Below, one piece after another: positions 1 to 9,596 of a stretch of DNA of 64,000 bases. The notes below the pieces were generated by a model, which was not told where the DNA came from, searched no databases, and saw nothing but the letters and a program-made list of their open reading frames with translations. The number at the start of each line of letters is the position of its first letter. Position 1 is the stretch's first letter. Source of the DNA: an uncultured Nitrospiraceae bacterium (GTDB lineage: Bacteria; Nitrospirota; Thermodesulfovibrionia; Thermodesulfovibrionales; UBA6898); contig CAWEQH010000010.1 of NCBI GenBank assembly GCA_963811165.1, forward strand, positions 544,001 to 608,000. The letters are read 5' to 3'. Both the position numbers and the translations under genes were made by a program.

Positions 1-1
1 C

Positions 2-388
2 GACGCATACACTCACCGCATCGGGCGGACCGGCCGCGCTGCAAAAACCGGAGATGCCTTCACATTTATCACTTATGAAGACGAGGATATGGTGGCAAGC
101 ATCGAGCGTCTTCTTCGCGAAAAAGTGGAGCGACGCACTTTGGAGGGTTTTGATTACAAAAAGTCTGCGCCTGCGCGCGATGCCGAGTTTGCCCGGCCGC
201 CGCGTGAACCGCGGAACCGCCGCAAACCTGCTCAGGAAATCCGGAAGAGCGGCGCAGGGGAAGGCAAGAGCTCACAGGACCGGAAGCACGGAAGACCTGC
301 GGATATCGAAAACGGAAAAACGACTCAGAAAGCATCTCAACGTCGGGACGCGCACCGGAGTGCCTTTTCCAGACATATCTCAAACTAA
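2..388 (+). CDS. DEAD-box RNA helicase, C-terminal part (5' end outside window)
   Basis: Frame 2 from base 2 reads DAYTHRIGRTGRAAKTGDAFTF (helicase motif VI HRIGRTGR), followed by a basic low-complexity tail as in RhlE-type helicases. Confidence 0.9.
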   Translation, partial: DAYTHRIGRTGRAAKTGDAFTFITYEDEDMVASIERLLREKVERRTLEGFDYKKSAPARDAEFARPPREPRNRRKPAQEIRKSGAGEGKSSQDRKHGRPADIENGKTTQKASQRRDAHRSAFSRHISN

Positions 389-429
389 TAAATATTTTCC
401 AAAAGAAACCTAGCGGCAAGATTTCGCTA

Positions 430-855
430 ATGACAGGTAAGATTATGACAGACAGGATCACAGCCGGCGGAGATATCGACTCGTACTGCACGAAATGCAG
501 GCTCAATCTAGAGCACATAATAGTGGCGATGGTAGGGAATGCCGTTGTTAAGGTAAAGTGCAAGACCTGCGGCAGCATGCACAGGTTCAAAAACGCTCAG
601 GCAGCAAGGCCGGGAACTACCCGTAAGAAGAGTGCAGCATTGAAGCCTTTTGCCGGGACCAACGCCGTATGGGAAACCGCAATGGGGGCCGCATGCGGGC
701 CTGAACTTGACTATGATATGACGCGTTCATATCGCGCAGGCGACGTGATAGTGCATCCCGTCTTCGGGAAGGGCATTGTGCAGAAGACTTTTTTAAGGAA
801 GTGCTCCGTCCTTTTCAAAGACAAAGAGAGGTTGCTCCTCACTTCTAACACATAG
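430..855 (+). CDS. Conserved hypothetical protein with two CxxC pairs (zinc-ribbon-like)
   Basis: CTKC and CKTC motifs; C-terminal HPVFGKGIV small beta domain. Confidence 0.7.
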   Translation: MTGKIMTDRITAGGDIDSYCTKCRLNLEHIIVAMVGNAVVKVKCKTCGSMHRFKNAQAARPGTTRKKSAALKPFAGTNAVWETAMGAACGPELDYDMTRSYRAGDVIVHPVFGKGIVQKTFLRKCSVLFKDKERLLLTSNT

Positions 856-897
856 TCCGACGATGATTTACTCAGGCTTTCCGTTGTAGTATAGAAG

Positions 898-1596
898 GTG
901 GACATCAGAGAGCATTACATAACTTCCTTCTTCTTTCACATTATTGCGCTGTTGATTGCTGCCGCTTTTTCACAATCTCATTTAAAGGCACCTGATACGC
1001 TGACAGTCTCACTATCTGCAGGTCCTTTTGATCAATCGTCTGTAGCCAGTTCTGATAAAGTTAAAGAAACGCATGAGATTACTAAGCTGACGCAGCTGAT
1101 TTCAAACGACAATACTTTTGTGGACACGGACGAAACTCCCTTGCTAGAGAAAGTGACCGCAGCAGAAAAACCGGAGGAGATTTCTCCGCCCGAGAAGATT
1201 CCCGAGTCTCAGGAGCAGGCCGCTACGGGTATTTCTGGCACTTCGCAAGAAACGGTGTGGCTCGCACAGATCCACCATTCCTACTTAATGCAGACCCGCG
1301 TCTTTATGGACAACTTCTCGCAATCTATCCGGGAAGGCCTGCTCAAGGCGATAGAGAGCGACCTGGCCGGGGGCCTGCGTGAAGGGACTGCTGAAGTTAC
1401 CTTCTTCTTTAACGATGAAGGCGGGTTCGGTGAAGTCTGGGGCGCGACTAGTTCAGAAGTGCTGAAGTCGGCCTTAAATCGTCTCGACTGGCAGTCGGTC
1501 CCTCTGCCGGGCGCATACAGACTCAAGCTAAAGGGTCTCCATGTCAAAATAAGTATCGAAAAGGGTGAACCCTCTCTTTCCTTTACAGTGCTGTAG
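898..1596 (+). CDS. Membrane-anchored hypothetical protein (TonB/TolA-like architecture)
   Basis: N-terminal TM helix with SxxxH (SFFFHIIALL), E/P/K-rich linker, small C-terminal domain. Confidence 0.55.
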   Translation: MDIREHYITSFFFHIIALLIAAAFSQSHLKAPDTLTVSLSAGPFDQSSVASSDKVKETHEITKLTQLISNDNTFVDTDETPLLEKVTAAEKPEEISPPEKIPESQEQAATGISGTSQETVWLAQIHHSYLMQTRVFMDNFSQSIREGLLKAIESDLAGGLREGTAEVTFFFNDEGGFGEVWGATSSEVLKSALNRLDWQSVPLPGAYRLKLKGLHVKISIEKGEPSLSFTVL

Positions 1597-1826
1597 ACAG
1601 TAGCAGCCTCATTCTGCGGCCCTTGAACTATATCTTCCTTTTCTGGACCCCTTGCCTGCAACTCATATCGGTCTTTCCCCGTGTTATCCAGGATTATCAT
1701 CGGCATGAAAATCAGACAGTTTCTGATATGCTAAACAAACCAAATGGTTTATAATATAAATAAGGAATTGGAAATGAGTCATAAATCCTAAAGAAAGGGG
1801 AGAATATTCCCTGAAAGGAGATCACG

Positions 1827-2297
1827 ATGAGGAAATATGAAGGTAAATCCGGGGATATTTTAGATAAGATCGCAGGTTGGCAGTCCATTGAGACCGAAAA
1901 TATGGAGCAGACGAGCAAGGCCATTCCAAATGCAAAAAATCCTCTCATAAAGGCAATGTTGCAGGCGCTTAGGCTAGAAGCTGAAAAAAGTCGCGTCCTT
2001 CAGCAAATGATCGTCGATAGTATAAGAAAAGAGGCCGTTCATCTGAGTCCGGATGAACTCCAAAATCTCTCGGGCCATCTAAACAGGCATATGAAGGCCG
2101 AAGAAAAGGCCCTTACGATCGCAAAGGAGGCATTCAAAGAAAGCGAACTGGCAATTCCGCGCTATCTTCTTTCATATCTCATTGGTGATGTGAAGAAACA
2201 GAATGCCTTGCTCAGACATTTTGACGACGCGCTTAAGACCGCCTCGATACCGACTTCGGCCACATCGAAGACATTCGGTTCTTCCAGGGCCGCGTGA
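1827..2297 (+). CDS. Hypothetical all-helical protein (ferritin-like bundle candidate)
   Basis: SD AAGGAG upstream; two repeated helix-pair halves; followed by a terminator. Confidence 0.6.
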   Translation: MRKYEGKSGDILDKIAGWQSIETENMEQTSKAIPNAKNPLIKAMLQALRLEAEKSRVLQQMIVDSIRKEAVHLSPDELQNLSGHLNRHMKAEEKALTIAKEAFKESELAIPRYLLSYLIGDVKKQNALLRHFDDALKTASIPTSATSKTFGSSRAA

Positions 2298-2331
2298 AAG
2301 GTATTGTCTGCGGCGTTTCAGACTTGCATGC

Positions 2332-2363
2332 ATCCCGTCCCTCCCGTTGGGCGGGATTTTTTT
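2332..2363 (+). terminator. Rho-independent terminator
   Basis: ATCCCGTCC/GGGCGGGAT stem followed by a T-run, between convergent genes. Confidence 0.7.
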
Positions 2364-2386
2364 GATGCCAAGAGAAAGATGGTCGA

Positions 2387-3454
2387 TTAAGAATAAATCA
2401 GCTTTCTTTCCAGATCGGTAGAGCGGGAAATCCGTTTTGCCTCTTCAAGGGTTATGACCTCCTGCCTGCAAAGTTGAATCAAATGCTGGTCCAGGGTCTG
2501 CATATGGTATTCATCGCGTCCTTTTTCAACGTATTGTTCAATTTCATCGAGGTGCCCATCCCGAATACAGGCCTTGATCGTGGACGTCGCAGACATAATC
2601 TCCATGGCCGGAAGCACGATTTCGCCGCTTTTTCCCCTTACGAGCCTCAATGATATCGTTGCAACGAGGATCTCCGCAAGCCTGTGACGGACATTCTCCT
2701 GCACCTGCGACGGGAAATATCCAACGATGCGGCTGATGGTAGAAGCAGCGTTGTGGGTATGCAGAGTTGACAGGACAAGATGCCCGGTCTCTGCCGCCTT
2801 GATACAGGCGTCAATCGTTTCCAGGTCCCGCATCTCACCCACCATGATCACATCCGGATCCATGCGCATGGCCGTCTTCAGTGCCCCGCTGAAGCCGTCA
2901 GTATCGATACCAACTTCCCTCTGGATAATACAGCTCTTATTTGAATGAAAAATAAACTCGATCGGATCTTCTATGGTAATGACGCTATAATTGAAATTGT
3001 CGTTGATATGCCGGATCATCGAAGCCAGCGTAGTGGATTTACCGTTGCCGGTAGGACCGCAGACAAGGATAAGGCCGTTCGGGGCCTTCGTGATATTCCC
3101 CAATACAGTCGGGAGATTCAACTCCCCGAAAGTGCCGATATGGTGAGGTATTACGCGCATCACCAGACCGATATTGCCCCGTTGGCGAAAGATACTGACA
3201 CGAAAACGGCCGACATTTACCAGATTATAAGAGGTATCGAATTCCTTTAAGTCTTCCGGCAGTTTCCGGCTGTGTTGCTCCATGACCGTAGATGCGATGA
3301 ACTCGGTGTCCTTTTTTGTAAGGTTGTTGAGTTTTGAGCGAATCAGGTGGCCGCGGGCCCTGAATATCGGGGGATTGTCCACTTCAAAGTGAATATCAGA
3401 GACCTTTTTTTCAAAGGCGATTTCAAGAATTTGAGAAAAGGTAGCAGCGTCCAT
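2387..3454 (-). CDS. pilT: PilT/PilU-family type IV pilus retraction ATPase
   Basis: SDIH motif, Walker A GPTGNGKST, TIEDPIE, DPDVIMVGEMRD, AAETGHLVLSTLHT. Confidence 0.9.
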   Translation of the reverse strand: MDAATFSQILEIAFEKKVSDIHFEVDNPPIFRARGHLIRSKLNNLTKKDTEFIASTVMEQHSRKLPEDLKEFDTSYNLVNVGRFRVSIFRQRGNIGLVMRVIPHHIGTFGELNLPTVLGNITKAPNGLILVCGPTGNGKSTTLASMIRHINDNFNYSVITIEDPIEFIFHSNKSCIIQREVGIDTDGFSGALKTAMRMDPDVIMVGEMRDLETIDACIKAAETGHLVLSTLHTHNAASTISRIVGYFPSQVQENVRHRLAEILVATISLRLVRGKSGEIVLPAMEIMSATSTIKACIRDGHLDEIEQYVEKGRDEYHMQTLDQHLIQLCRQEVITLEEAKRISRSTDLERKLIYS

Positions 3455-3489
3455 GGTCGTTTCCCCCTTGAATTTTAGATGGCTTCATT

Positions 3490-5319
3490 TTATTTTGCAT
3501 GCAATTGCCTCTGTGACACCATAGTAAGCTTTTTGCGATAAAGCGCATTTTCCAAAACCAGGCCGGCCTCATTGGCAAGAATTTCCAGCCAATCAGTTTG
3601 CACCCGCATTGCCTCTTTCTCGCCGAAATCTCCATAGGTCAGGGCCACAGTCTTTCCGCGTCTCTTCATGGGAAGGAGGACGATCGTGGGACTCAGGGGC
3701 TCACCTATCGCCTCAAAAAGATCTTTTCTTAGTACCTCATCGTCACTCTCTCCAAAAAAAACTGCCCCCTTTTCCACCGCATCACGGAAAACAGACGACT
3801 TTGACAGCGCAAGTTTAAGCCGCGTTACCGAAGTCGCTCCCGCATTCCTGTCGGCATATACTCCTATGGCCTTTTCTCCGGTAAGCTCCGCCCCCTCAAC
3901 AATAAACGTAATGGACCGTTCAAATATCTCAGAAACGGACTGAAGAAGCGCCAGAGGCACTTCGGAAGGTTCATTAATGTCCCGAATAGCCAGGATACGA
4001 TCTTTGATTTTGCTCAGCCGACTTCCCGCCGAAACCGATTCCTGCTGCTCTTGAAAAAAGCCCTGGATATACGACTTGAGAGTTTCCAATAAATAAATCG
4101 TGTCGGGAATAAATGTTGCCTTTTGGCCTTCCCTTGACGGTTTGGGAAAAACCGCTCTGATGCCGTCACGAAAAGCCTGTAACGCGAAGGGGTAATCCGA
4201 TAAAGAGGTCATCTGGATTATGGAAACCTGAGGATATCGCTCTCTGATCTGCCGCCGCAGTCTCACGGTTTTTTCACGGGAACATATTCCCTCGTGAGTT
4301 TCAGGATCGTCAAAGACCAGGACAGGCAACACCTTTATTTTTAGACATTGCTCTATTATGCGATCAAGCTCTTCACCTCCCGCCACGGCAAATACAAGGA
4401 CATCTTGGGCTTTGCAGATAGTCATGACCGAGTGTTTGATAAGTTCATCCTCGCTAAAAAGTATGAGGCCTTTAGCCTCGCCATCCTGCCTTTGCGGCCC
4501 ATCATGGACCGTCCGGCCTATCGTAGCTTTTTCCAAAAAAAAGACAAACGCCTCCTGTTCTTCAGCTGAAAAACCCTCCAGCGTCTCCCTTATTTTTTGG
4601 CGGTGGATTTCTGCGGGGTCAAAGGTTTCATCATCAGGAAGAAACTCGGGCATTTTCCGCTCCATATGGTCGATATCGCCCAGACCCAGGTCATCCGCAG
4701 TAATGACCGGCCCATTTCCTCCGTCTTTCACTGTCCCCTCCGGCTGGACCACATCTGTAAATAACTCTTCATCCGACGTGACAATCTTGCCGGCATTGCG
4801 ATCACGCTCCTGTTCGTCATAAATGCGAAGGGCATCCATCAACAACATTTGGGCATCGAGATTTATTTCCTGTTCCATCTTGCTCAGAGGATAACTGCAC
4901 TCCGGAGACACAGCAATTGTTTCAGTATCAAGCGTAAAAGTCCCCTCCTTCCAGCCTATCATTTCAACCAATACTATTTCGATCAATTTTTTAAGCGCCC
5001 TGCCCGCTTGCTCGCGTCCAAGTTTGCCCAGTCCGATAAGGGTCGAAATCAGGGGCATGCGGTTTTTTCCGGCATTTTTTTGAATCTCTAAAGCCCGTTC
5101 GAGGTCTTCGATGGTTATCGCGTTCATCTTTACCAAAACAGTCCCGATTCGGATCTTGTTATTGAGGTGGCTTGCCCCGACGATATATCCATTACTGAAA
5201 ATAATCCGACTTTCGCCCTTGCTTCCCTTCACAGAGAACGTACCGGACTTCCGCGTCGTATTGACGAGCTGAATTATGTCAATTATATGTAGATGTTCTA
5301 ATTCTCCGGTAAGGGCCAT
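3490..5319 (-). CDS. DUF4388 (PATAN-like) protein with MshEN-like segment, degenerate receiver-like domain and GAF-like C-terminus
   Basis: MALTGELEHLHIIDIIQL..RKSGT N-terminus; RIGTVLVKMNAIT..ALEIQ; C-terminal VLLPM..ALTYGD..LVLENA. Confidence 0.75.
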   Translation of the reverse strand: MALTGELEHLHIIDIIQLVNTTRKSGTFSVKGSKGESRIIFSNGYIVGASHLNNKIRIGTVLVKMNAITIEDLERALEIQKNAGKNRMPLISTLIGLGKLGREQAGRALKKLIEIVLVEMIGWKEGTFTLDTETIAVSPECSYPLSKMEQEINLDAQMLLMDALRIYDEQERDRNAGKIVTSDEELFTDVVQPEGTVKDGGNGPVITADDLGLGDIDHMERKMPEFLPDDETFDPAEIHRQKIRETLEGFSAEEQEAFVFFLEKATIGRTVHDGPQRQDGEAKGLILFSEDELIKHSVMTICKAQDVLVFAVAGGEELDRIIEQCLKIKVLPVLVFDDPETHEGICSREKTVRLRRQIRERYPQVSIIQMTSLSDYPFALQAFRDGIRAVFPKPSREGQKATFIPDTIYLLETLKSYIQGFFQEQQESVSAGSRLSKIKDRILAIRDINEPSEVPLALLQSVSEIFERSITFIVEGAELTGEKAIGVYADRNAGATSVTRLKLALSKSSVFRDAVEKGAVFFGESDDEVLRKDLFEAIGEPLSPTIVLLPMKRRGKTVALTYGDFGEKEAMRVQTDWLEILANEAGLVLENALYRKKLTMVSQRQLHAK

Positions 5320-5435
5320 TGCTGCCTACGCTTTTTTTTGTATAGATGAAGAATACCATAAGAAATGCATGATCGTAAATATAAGAAGCGTATAAAAGAA
5401 TTCACCGTAAGTTTCTCAGCGCCAGGCCCCAAAAC

Positions 5436-5467
5436 AAAAAAAAGGCAGGATGCTCCTGCCTTTTTTT
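5436..5467. terminator. Bidirectional Rho-independent terminator
   Basis: A8-GGCAGGA-tgc-TCCTGCC-T7, downstream of metF. Confidence 0.85.
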
Positions 5468-5485
5468 GACCAAAGCCTGAACCCG

Positions 5486-6466
5486 TTATTCAGCGGGAAA
5501 AGCAGGTCTCGGATACAGCCCTGCCGCCTTCACAATACCCTCGATCGCAGTCTCCCACTCGATCGCCTGGATATGGACGCCCTTAATGCCCGGCGTCTCC
5601 AGGACCTGGTGGATAAGTTCGACGGTGAGCTTGAGCCCCTCCGCCTCCTGCAGTTCCTTGGCCTTTTTCTTGTCGTCTCCAGCAGCCGCTTTCGCCTTGT
5701 TCATCCTGTCGATGAGCGCCTTAGGAACAGAGACGCCGGCAACAGAGGAGTCCATATACTTGAGCATCATGGCGCTCTTGGGGACGATGATGCCCCCGAG
5801 AATGGCGGTACGTTCATGGAGGCCCATGTTCCGGATCTTCTCCATCTGGGACCTGAAGAGCTCGATATCATAGATACCCTGGGTCTGGATGAAATCTGCC
5901 CCGGCATTCACCTTTTTTAGAAGGTTCATGGGTCTGAAATCAATAGGGTCACCCATCGGGGTCCAGGATGCGCCCACGAAGAATTTCGGAGCTACTTCTA
6001 GCGGATCGCCGCCCTCCTGTTTGCCCTCGTCGCGCATCTTTTTCAGTATGCCTACAAGTTGGCAGGTGTCAACGTCGTAGACGTTCTTTGCGCCGGGATG
6101 TCCCTTGAGCCTTCCGGCCGCACTGAACTTCTGGTGGTCGCCAGCGAGACAGAGACAGTTTTTGAGTCCCAGGGCAGCGGCCCCGAGGAGGTCCGCCTGG
6201 ATGCCGATCCGGTTCCGATCACGGCAGGTCATCTGCATTACAGGCTCAAGCCCTTCTCTCAATGCCAATACCGCAGCCGCTATACTGGAGATGCGAACGA
6301 CCGCCGTCTGACAATCCGTAATATTAGCGGCGTCGCAGAAACCTTTCAAAATATTGGCCTTCTTAGTCACTTCCTGGCCGTCGGCAGACATGGGCGGTCC
6401 GAGTTCTGCAGTGACCGCAGGCTTGCCGCTCAGGATGACTCTTTCAAGATTGCTTCCGCTCTTCAT
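5486..6466 (-). CDS. metF: Methylenetetrahydrofolate reductase, catalytic subunit
   Basis: VTAELGPP, NITD, MQMTCRDRNR, GADFIQTQ, GVHIQAI motifs. Confidence 0.92.
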   Translation of the reverse strand: MKSGSNLERVILSGKPAVTAELGPPMSADGQEVTKKANILKGFCDAANITDCQTAVVRISSIAAAVLALREGLEPVMQMTCRDRNRIGIQADLLGAAALGLKNCLCLAGDHQKFSAAGRLKGHPGAKNVYDVDTCQLVGILKKMRDEGKQEGGDPLEVAPKFFVGASWTPMGDPIDFRPMNLLKKVNAGADFIQTQGIYDIELFRSQMEKIRNMGLHERTAILGGIIVPKSAMMLKYMDSSVAGVSVPKALIDRMNKAKAAAGDDKKKAKELQEAEGLKLTVELIHQVLETPGIKGVHIQAIEWETAIEGIVKAAGLYPRPAFPAE

Positions 6467-7182
6467 TATTTCTTCCCTCCCGCTGTCTCCGACTTCTGCG
6501 CTTCCTGCTCCTCGTATGCCCTGATATGCTCGAGCGATATCCTGCGAGGTCCGCCGTCGCGCGATGTAGACCAGTTACGCGGAGGCTGGATCTCCGCAAG
6601 TTTTTCCAAGTTGCCGAGTTTCTTCATCCGCTCCACGATCAGGTACCACGCGCAGTCCACGTCCTGGCTGACCTCGCATTTGCCCTTGTTAGTTCCACCG
6701 CATGGTCCGTTCATGAGCGTCTTGGAGCAGCGTGCAATGGGGCAGATGCCGCCGGTCAGATGAAGGATACAATTTCCGCAGCCCGCGCAAAGCTCAACAA
6801 AATTGCCCGGCGACTCTACCGCTCCATAAAATGAGGTATTGATGCCGGGATAGACCGGGACCGTCCCTGTTCGGTCGGAAAGGAAATTGACACCCACGCC
6901 GCATGCTGTTGAGAGGATGAGGTCATATTTCCGCAACTCATCCATGACCGGCTCGAAATATTCCGGCTCGCAATGCCGCACGACAGAAGTGAAATTCACT
7001 TCCATCTCCTTCCCTTCCTGCCCCGCCCGCATCCTAATAAGCGTCGCGATGGTCTCCGCCTCCTTTTCGCCGCCGGCATGGCATACCGCCACACAGGTAT
7101 TGCAGCCGAAGACCAGGACCCTTTTGAAATCCTTCACCATGTTCCAGATTTCATCCATAGGTTTTTGTGATCCAATTATCAT
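6466..7182 (-). CDS. metV: MetV, Fe-S/Zn small subunit of methylene-THF reductase
   Basis: GCNTCVAVC, ACGVGV, CAGCGNC..GGICPIARCSKTLMNGPCGG..CEV..CAW; coupled to metF. Confidence 0.9.
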   Translation of the reverse strand: MIIGSQKPMDEIWNMVKDFKRVLVFGCNTCVAVCHAGGEKEAETIATLIRMRAGQEGKEMEVNFTSVVRHCEPEYFEPVMDELRKYDLILSTACGVGVNFLSDRTGTVPVYPGINTSFYGAVESPGNFVELCAGCGNCILHLTGGICPIARCSKTLMNGPCGGTNKGKCEVSQDVDCAWYLIVERMKKLGNLEKLAEIQPPRNWSTSRDGGPRRISLEHIRAYEEQEAQKSETAGGKK

Positions 7183-7217
7183 AGTCCTTGCTCCTTTGTA
7201 TCGGTTTCTAAGAATAT

Positions 7218-9320
7218 TTACGGTTTTGCAGCCCTAAGCCCTATCTGTCTGACCCTGTCAGCGAAATCCGCACAGACCGAAGCATAAGAATTTCCGTTAC
7301 GCGAATCCGACGTCAACATCTCGATGCGGCCTGCTTCCATTCCGAGCATACCGACAAGTTGTTTTGTCCGTTCGACGCGGGCCGCGACGCGGTTCTCAAT
7401 ACCTTTATATTTACAGGCAACTCCGGAACAACGTATGACCGCCACGCCGTCCGCGCCGCATTCGAGGGCCCTAAGCAGGTCGTTTACGTCGATACGGCTC
7501 GTGCAATGTACCGGGACCTTACGCACATTCTCCGGCAGTTTGAAGCCGAGCACACCCACGTGGTGCGAACAGAGGAAAGCGACTATCGCCGGTTCCTGCC
7601 TTTTCGGATTGATGGCTCCCACAACCGAAGGCAGCGTATCGCGAAACTCTCTGACATCATAACTCACCATGCTGATCGCCTGTCCAGGGCATTCGGGCGC
7701 GCAAAGGCCACATGCCTGGCAGTACTCAGGCCGTATCTCTGAGACCGATGTGACGACCGGAGCGCCGTAGGGGCAGACCCTCTGACAGGTAAGACACGCC
7801 ATGCACTTCTTCGTATCTACGACTGCGCCGCCGCCGCAACCCCGGCACCGTCCAGCCTCTTTGAGCGCCTCTTCCTCATTATAGCTAAATTCAAAGGCTG
7901 CAAAAGAACTGCAGCGGGTCTCCGGCGGAAGATGATTGAGCTTCATCCGCGGCTCTTTATTGATCCTATCGATAACGTCTTCGGGCAGTGGTGATATCTT
8001 TTCCTTCTCATAGGTCGGGAGGTTCCCTTCGATCTTTTCTCCCTGCAGGTAGAGATGGATCGCCATGGCTGAACGATGACCGCTTGCAGCTGCCGCGATG
8101 GCCGATCCGGGCCCGGCCACTACCTCGCCCGAACAAAATACACCCTTGGCGCTGCTCATGTGGGTCTTCGGCTCCCAAACCACACGGCCCCGCTCATCCA
8201 CCTGGACCGGACTGTCTTTCAAGAATGAGACGTTAGCCATCTGCCCGATGGTAATGATTACCGTATCGGCCTCGATGAGCATTGTCTGGCTGTTATCGAA
8301 GACCGGATTAAACCGTCCGTTTGTGTCAAACACCTGTATTGCCTTAACCACATCGAGTCCTTTAACCTTGCCGCTTTCACGGCTTACCGCTTTAGGACCC
8401 CAACGATGGTGTATGGTAATGCCTTCTTCAACAGCCTCGTCCACTTCCCACTTCCACGCAGGCATCTCCTCTGCACTTTCAAGGCAGACCATCTCGACAT
8501 TTTTGGCGCCGAGTCGCCTTGCTGAACGGGCCACATCCATCGCCACATTACCACCGCCGATGACCAGCACCTTGTTTCCCAGCGCCGGTTTCCTGTCAAA
8601 AGCAACATCCTCAAGGAATGGTATCGCAAGCAGAACGCCTTGCCCCTCCACTCCGGGAATGTTCAGCGAACGACTCTGTGAAAGCCCAACCGCAAGAAGC
8701 ACCGCGTTATGTTTGCCGATGATTTCGTTAATGGTGATGTCCTTACCTATTTCGCAGCCCGTCCTCACTTCAATTCCCTTTGAAATGACATCATCGATAT
8801 CTTCCTGAAGAGTTTTCCGCGGCAGACGGTATGGCGGGATCGCTGAGGCGAGCATCCCTCCCAATACGGGATGTCTTTCATAGATCGTCACCTGGTAGCC
8901 AAGATCGGCGAGATCGTTCGCGGCCGTCAGCCCGGAGGGTCCCGAACCGATGATCCCTATACTCTTACCCTTCGTCTTTTCCACAAGTCTTCGCTTGTTC
9001 CTGCGGTATTCGGAGGCCTTCTCCAAAACAAACCGCTTAAGGGGACGTACTGCAAGTGGTTCATCCACCTGGCAGCGCCGGCAGGATTGCTCACACGGAT
9101 GATGACAGATCATCGAACATACTGAGGCGATCGGGTTTACCGACCGGATCACCTCAAAGGCCTCGTTGTAGCGCCCCTGGGCTATAAACCCAACGTAAGC
9201 CTGTACGTCCGTATTTACCGGGCATGCCGCCCGGCAGGGTGAGTACAGCCTTGAATTTTTCAGGGCTGCCACGCGCTCGAGATGCGTCCCTTTTTTCTCA
9301 ATAGCTGATTCAGCTGACAT
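7218..9320 (-). CDS. FAD/NAD(P)-dependent oxidoreductase: GltD/NfnB-like domain + 2x[4Fe-4S] + C-terminal MvhD/FlpD domain
   Basis: PCRAACP, CSMICHHPCEQSC, GSGPSG, GGGNVAMD, CMACLTCQRVCP, CQACGLCAPECP, then IVAFLC..VHCTSRID..GADGV..C..CKY (MvhD). Confidence 0.85.
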   Translation of the reverse strand: MSAESAIEKKGTHLERVAALKNSRLYSPCRAACPVNTDVQAYVGFIAQGRYNEAFEVIRSVNPIASVCSMICHHPCEQSCRRCQVDEPLAVRPLKRFVLEKASEYRRNKRRLVEKTKGKSIGIIGSGPSGLTAANDLADLGYQVTIYERHPVLGGMLASAIPPYRLPRKTLQEDIDDVISKGIEVRTGCEIGKDITINEIIGKHNAVLLAVGLSQSRSLNIPGVEGQGVLLAIPFLEDVAFDRKPALGNKVLVIGGGNVAMDVARSARRLGAKNVEMVCLESAEEMPAWKWEVDEAVEEGITIHHRWGPKAVSRESGKVKGLDVVKAIQVFDTNGRFNPVFDNSQTMLIEADTVIITIGQMANVSFLKDSPVQVDERGRVVWEPKTHMSSAKGVFCSGEVVAGPGSAIAAAASGHRSAMAIHLYLQGEKIEGNLPTYEKEKISPLPEDVIDRINKEPRMKLNHLPPETRCSSFAAFEFSYNEEEALKEAGRCRGCGGGAVVDTKKCMACLTCQRVCPYGAPVVTSVSEIRPEYCQACGLCAPECPGQAISMVSYDVREFRDTLPSVVGAINPKRQEPAIVAFLCSHHVGVLGFKLPENVRKVPVHCTSRIDVNDLLRALECGADGVAVIRCSGVACKYKGIENRVAARVERTKQLVGMLGMEAGRIEMLTSDSRNGNSYASVCADFADRVRQIGLRAAKP

Positions 9321-9596
9321 TGCTCGCTCCTCATCTATTATTTAGTATGTCATCGCTCATGCGATTGCTATTCAAAGCGTTCTTCTCATTATATTCACTT
9401 ATGCAGGTAAATGTAACATATACAGTCTTAATATATCCATAATTTTTTTTAATAATCTCCCTTCATTAAACGTGTCCGCCAATAGGAATTTCATGTTGCC
9501 ATTCCTTGGAAAAAAGTTATCCGGTATATTGATCTCTACCCTTCATTTTGTTCGTATTGCAAAGGGTAGAAAGTAAAAAATATCATTTACGCTTTC

